This document shows positions 62,552 to 64,000 of a stretch of DNA of 64,000 nt, one piece after another. The notes under the pieces were generated by a model. That model did not search any database. It was not told the origin of the DNA and was given only the letters and a program-made list of their open reading frames with translations. A program made the translations under genes and the position numbers. The stretch covers positions 29,317-93,316 of the forward strand of contig RHPI01000575.1 of the NCBI GenBank assembly GCA_009103225.1. The letters run 5' to 3'. The DNA comes from Chlorokybus atmophyticus. Its lineage: Eukaryota > Plantae > Mesostigma and Chlorokybus algae. The number at the start of each line of letters is the position of its first letter. Position 1 is the first letter of the stretch.

Positions 62552-63931
62552 GCTACTTCTTCTTCTATTATCACCACTCCTCTTCACCTCAGCAACAGCA
62601 ACAACAACAACACTCCAGGCTGGATCCCCTGTTAACACCAACCTTGGATCAAATGATACAGCCGCCTGGGCTTGGGACACCCCACAGCCAGGCACACAGA
62701 TGCGGTAAGAACATCATGTTGGTTTGTTGCCTGTTGTTGTGTCAACTATGCTGGTAAGTGTTGTCAAACTCAAGTTGTTGCTGTGTGTCAAACTGTAGTT
62801 TGGATGTGGTGTCTTTGTCGCCTTCACTCTCCTTCACTTTGATGAGTTCCTCTGCTGGCGGCAATCACACGCTTTCCTCCCTGACTCTCACTCCCAACAA
62901 CAACCACAACAACAACCACGATATCAAGTACTATGCGTGGGCGCTGGTTCATGTCACTCAGCAGCAAGAAGAGGGGAGTTATGGGTTGACTGTGGCGAGC
63001 AATGTGCAGGGAGGCAATTACAGCCTCGCCTTGACAGTGAGTGTGGTTGCGTGTGTGTGTGTTTGTATGTGTGCGCGCGCGCGGGGTATACTGAGTGCAA
63101 TCCCTGTTTACCGCGCGCGCGTGTGGATGCGTATGTGTGCGTGCATGTGTGCGGTTGCATTTTGCGTGCATGCGTGTATCGTTGCACACATGTACAGTGT
63201 CAATGTTTGTTGTCACTCAGGCAACGTCTGCTTGGCCAACTGCGTTGGTACCCGGGTCTGATACCCGTGGAACTGCGATAGCGGGCCTGCGCTCGTACTA
63301 CAACATCGAAGCCGGGAGCGCATCGATATCAACGGGCTTCGTGCGTTACAGTTTTACTTTTCAGGGGTACTCTCAAACGCCGGTGTCGATATCGGTCTCT
63401 CCTTCGATTTCAACAACTTATCAGGAGTCTCACCCTCTCGGTCTGGTATCAACCACCCAGCCCGTGAGTGGGGTTGTGTACGCGAATGCACTCACGAGCC
63501 TGGACGCCTACATTGCCGGCATACTCGACTGCAGGCAAGTGCATTAACGTGTTGTTGCAACGGACACACGCCTGTGCGCCACACAAACGCACACATCCAT
63601 GCGCACGCACACGCGCATGTGCACACGCGCGCACACGCACACGCACCGATACCAACTCGCTCCGTCCAGTGCGTACGCGGCGATATCAGGCGTGTCCTGC
63701 GTCGCCACGCCACTATCCTACTTCCTGACTCTCTCTGCGACACAACAACAAGTGGACACACTCTCCGTCGATGCGCCGGCGTTGCATCGCACCAACACGA
63801 CGCTGTTCCAGTTGAGTGGGGTTGATGTTGATGTTGGTGATGTCGTTGCCGTGCGGGTGGAGAGCGAGAGTGGCGTGAGCGTGAGAGTGTATGTTGGGGA
63901 TGCGTGGACATACGACACAACAAGCGCAAAG
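62552..63931 (+). CDS. Partial secreted Ser/Thr/Val-rich protein of unknown family; start lost at the N, probably continues beyond the window
   Basis: Hydrophobic LLLLLLSPLLFTSATA right after N 62551, then open exon-like blocks bounded by GT-AG sites at ~62552-62704, ~62800-63037, ~63221-63537 and ~63645-63931. Confidence 0.6.
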
Positions 63932-64000
63932 GTGAGTGTACTCTCGCTGTTGTTAGTATCGACATGATGGCTGATATCAGTGCTTTTTCCAGGTGTATCG

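Overview
Intron-rich eukaryotic nuclear DNA, most likely a green alga (inference from short GT-AG introns, plastid-type N-terminal extensions and an Osser/copia-type half-tRNA primer site); the species cannot be named from the sequence. Four apparently intact spliced genes occupy 11.8-33 kb: a glutathionyl-hydroquinone reductase-type GST (-), a divergent phosphoketolase (+), a bacterial-type RtcB RNA ligase with an organelle-like presequence (+), and a large ZNFX1-like RNA helicase with NFX1 fingers, a RING-like region and an RZ finger (-). The flanks are rich in mobile elements: a nearly intact CryptonF tyrosine-recombinase gene, two copia copies, a PHD-bearing Ty3/gypsy, a pogo-like DNA transposon with ~0.5 kb TIRs, a MITE and a CACTA-like end. 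The right half also holds secreted-protein genes: a decayed alpha-carbonic-anhydrase-like gene, an intact galaxin-like di-cysteine repeat protein, a PDF1-like fragment and an unknown partial gene. Short-spacer palindromes are conspicuous, especially at 46.5-47.5 kb. No rRNA, tRNA or CRISPR array was seen. N positions (5640, 23092, 43369, 50080-50215, 57930, 58717, 62551) make adjacency across them uncertain. All identifications come from manual motif reading; no database searches were run.
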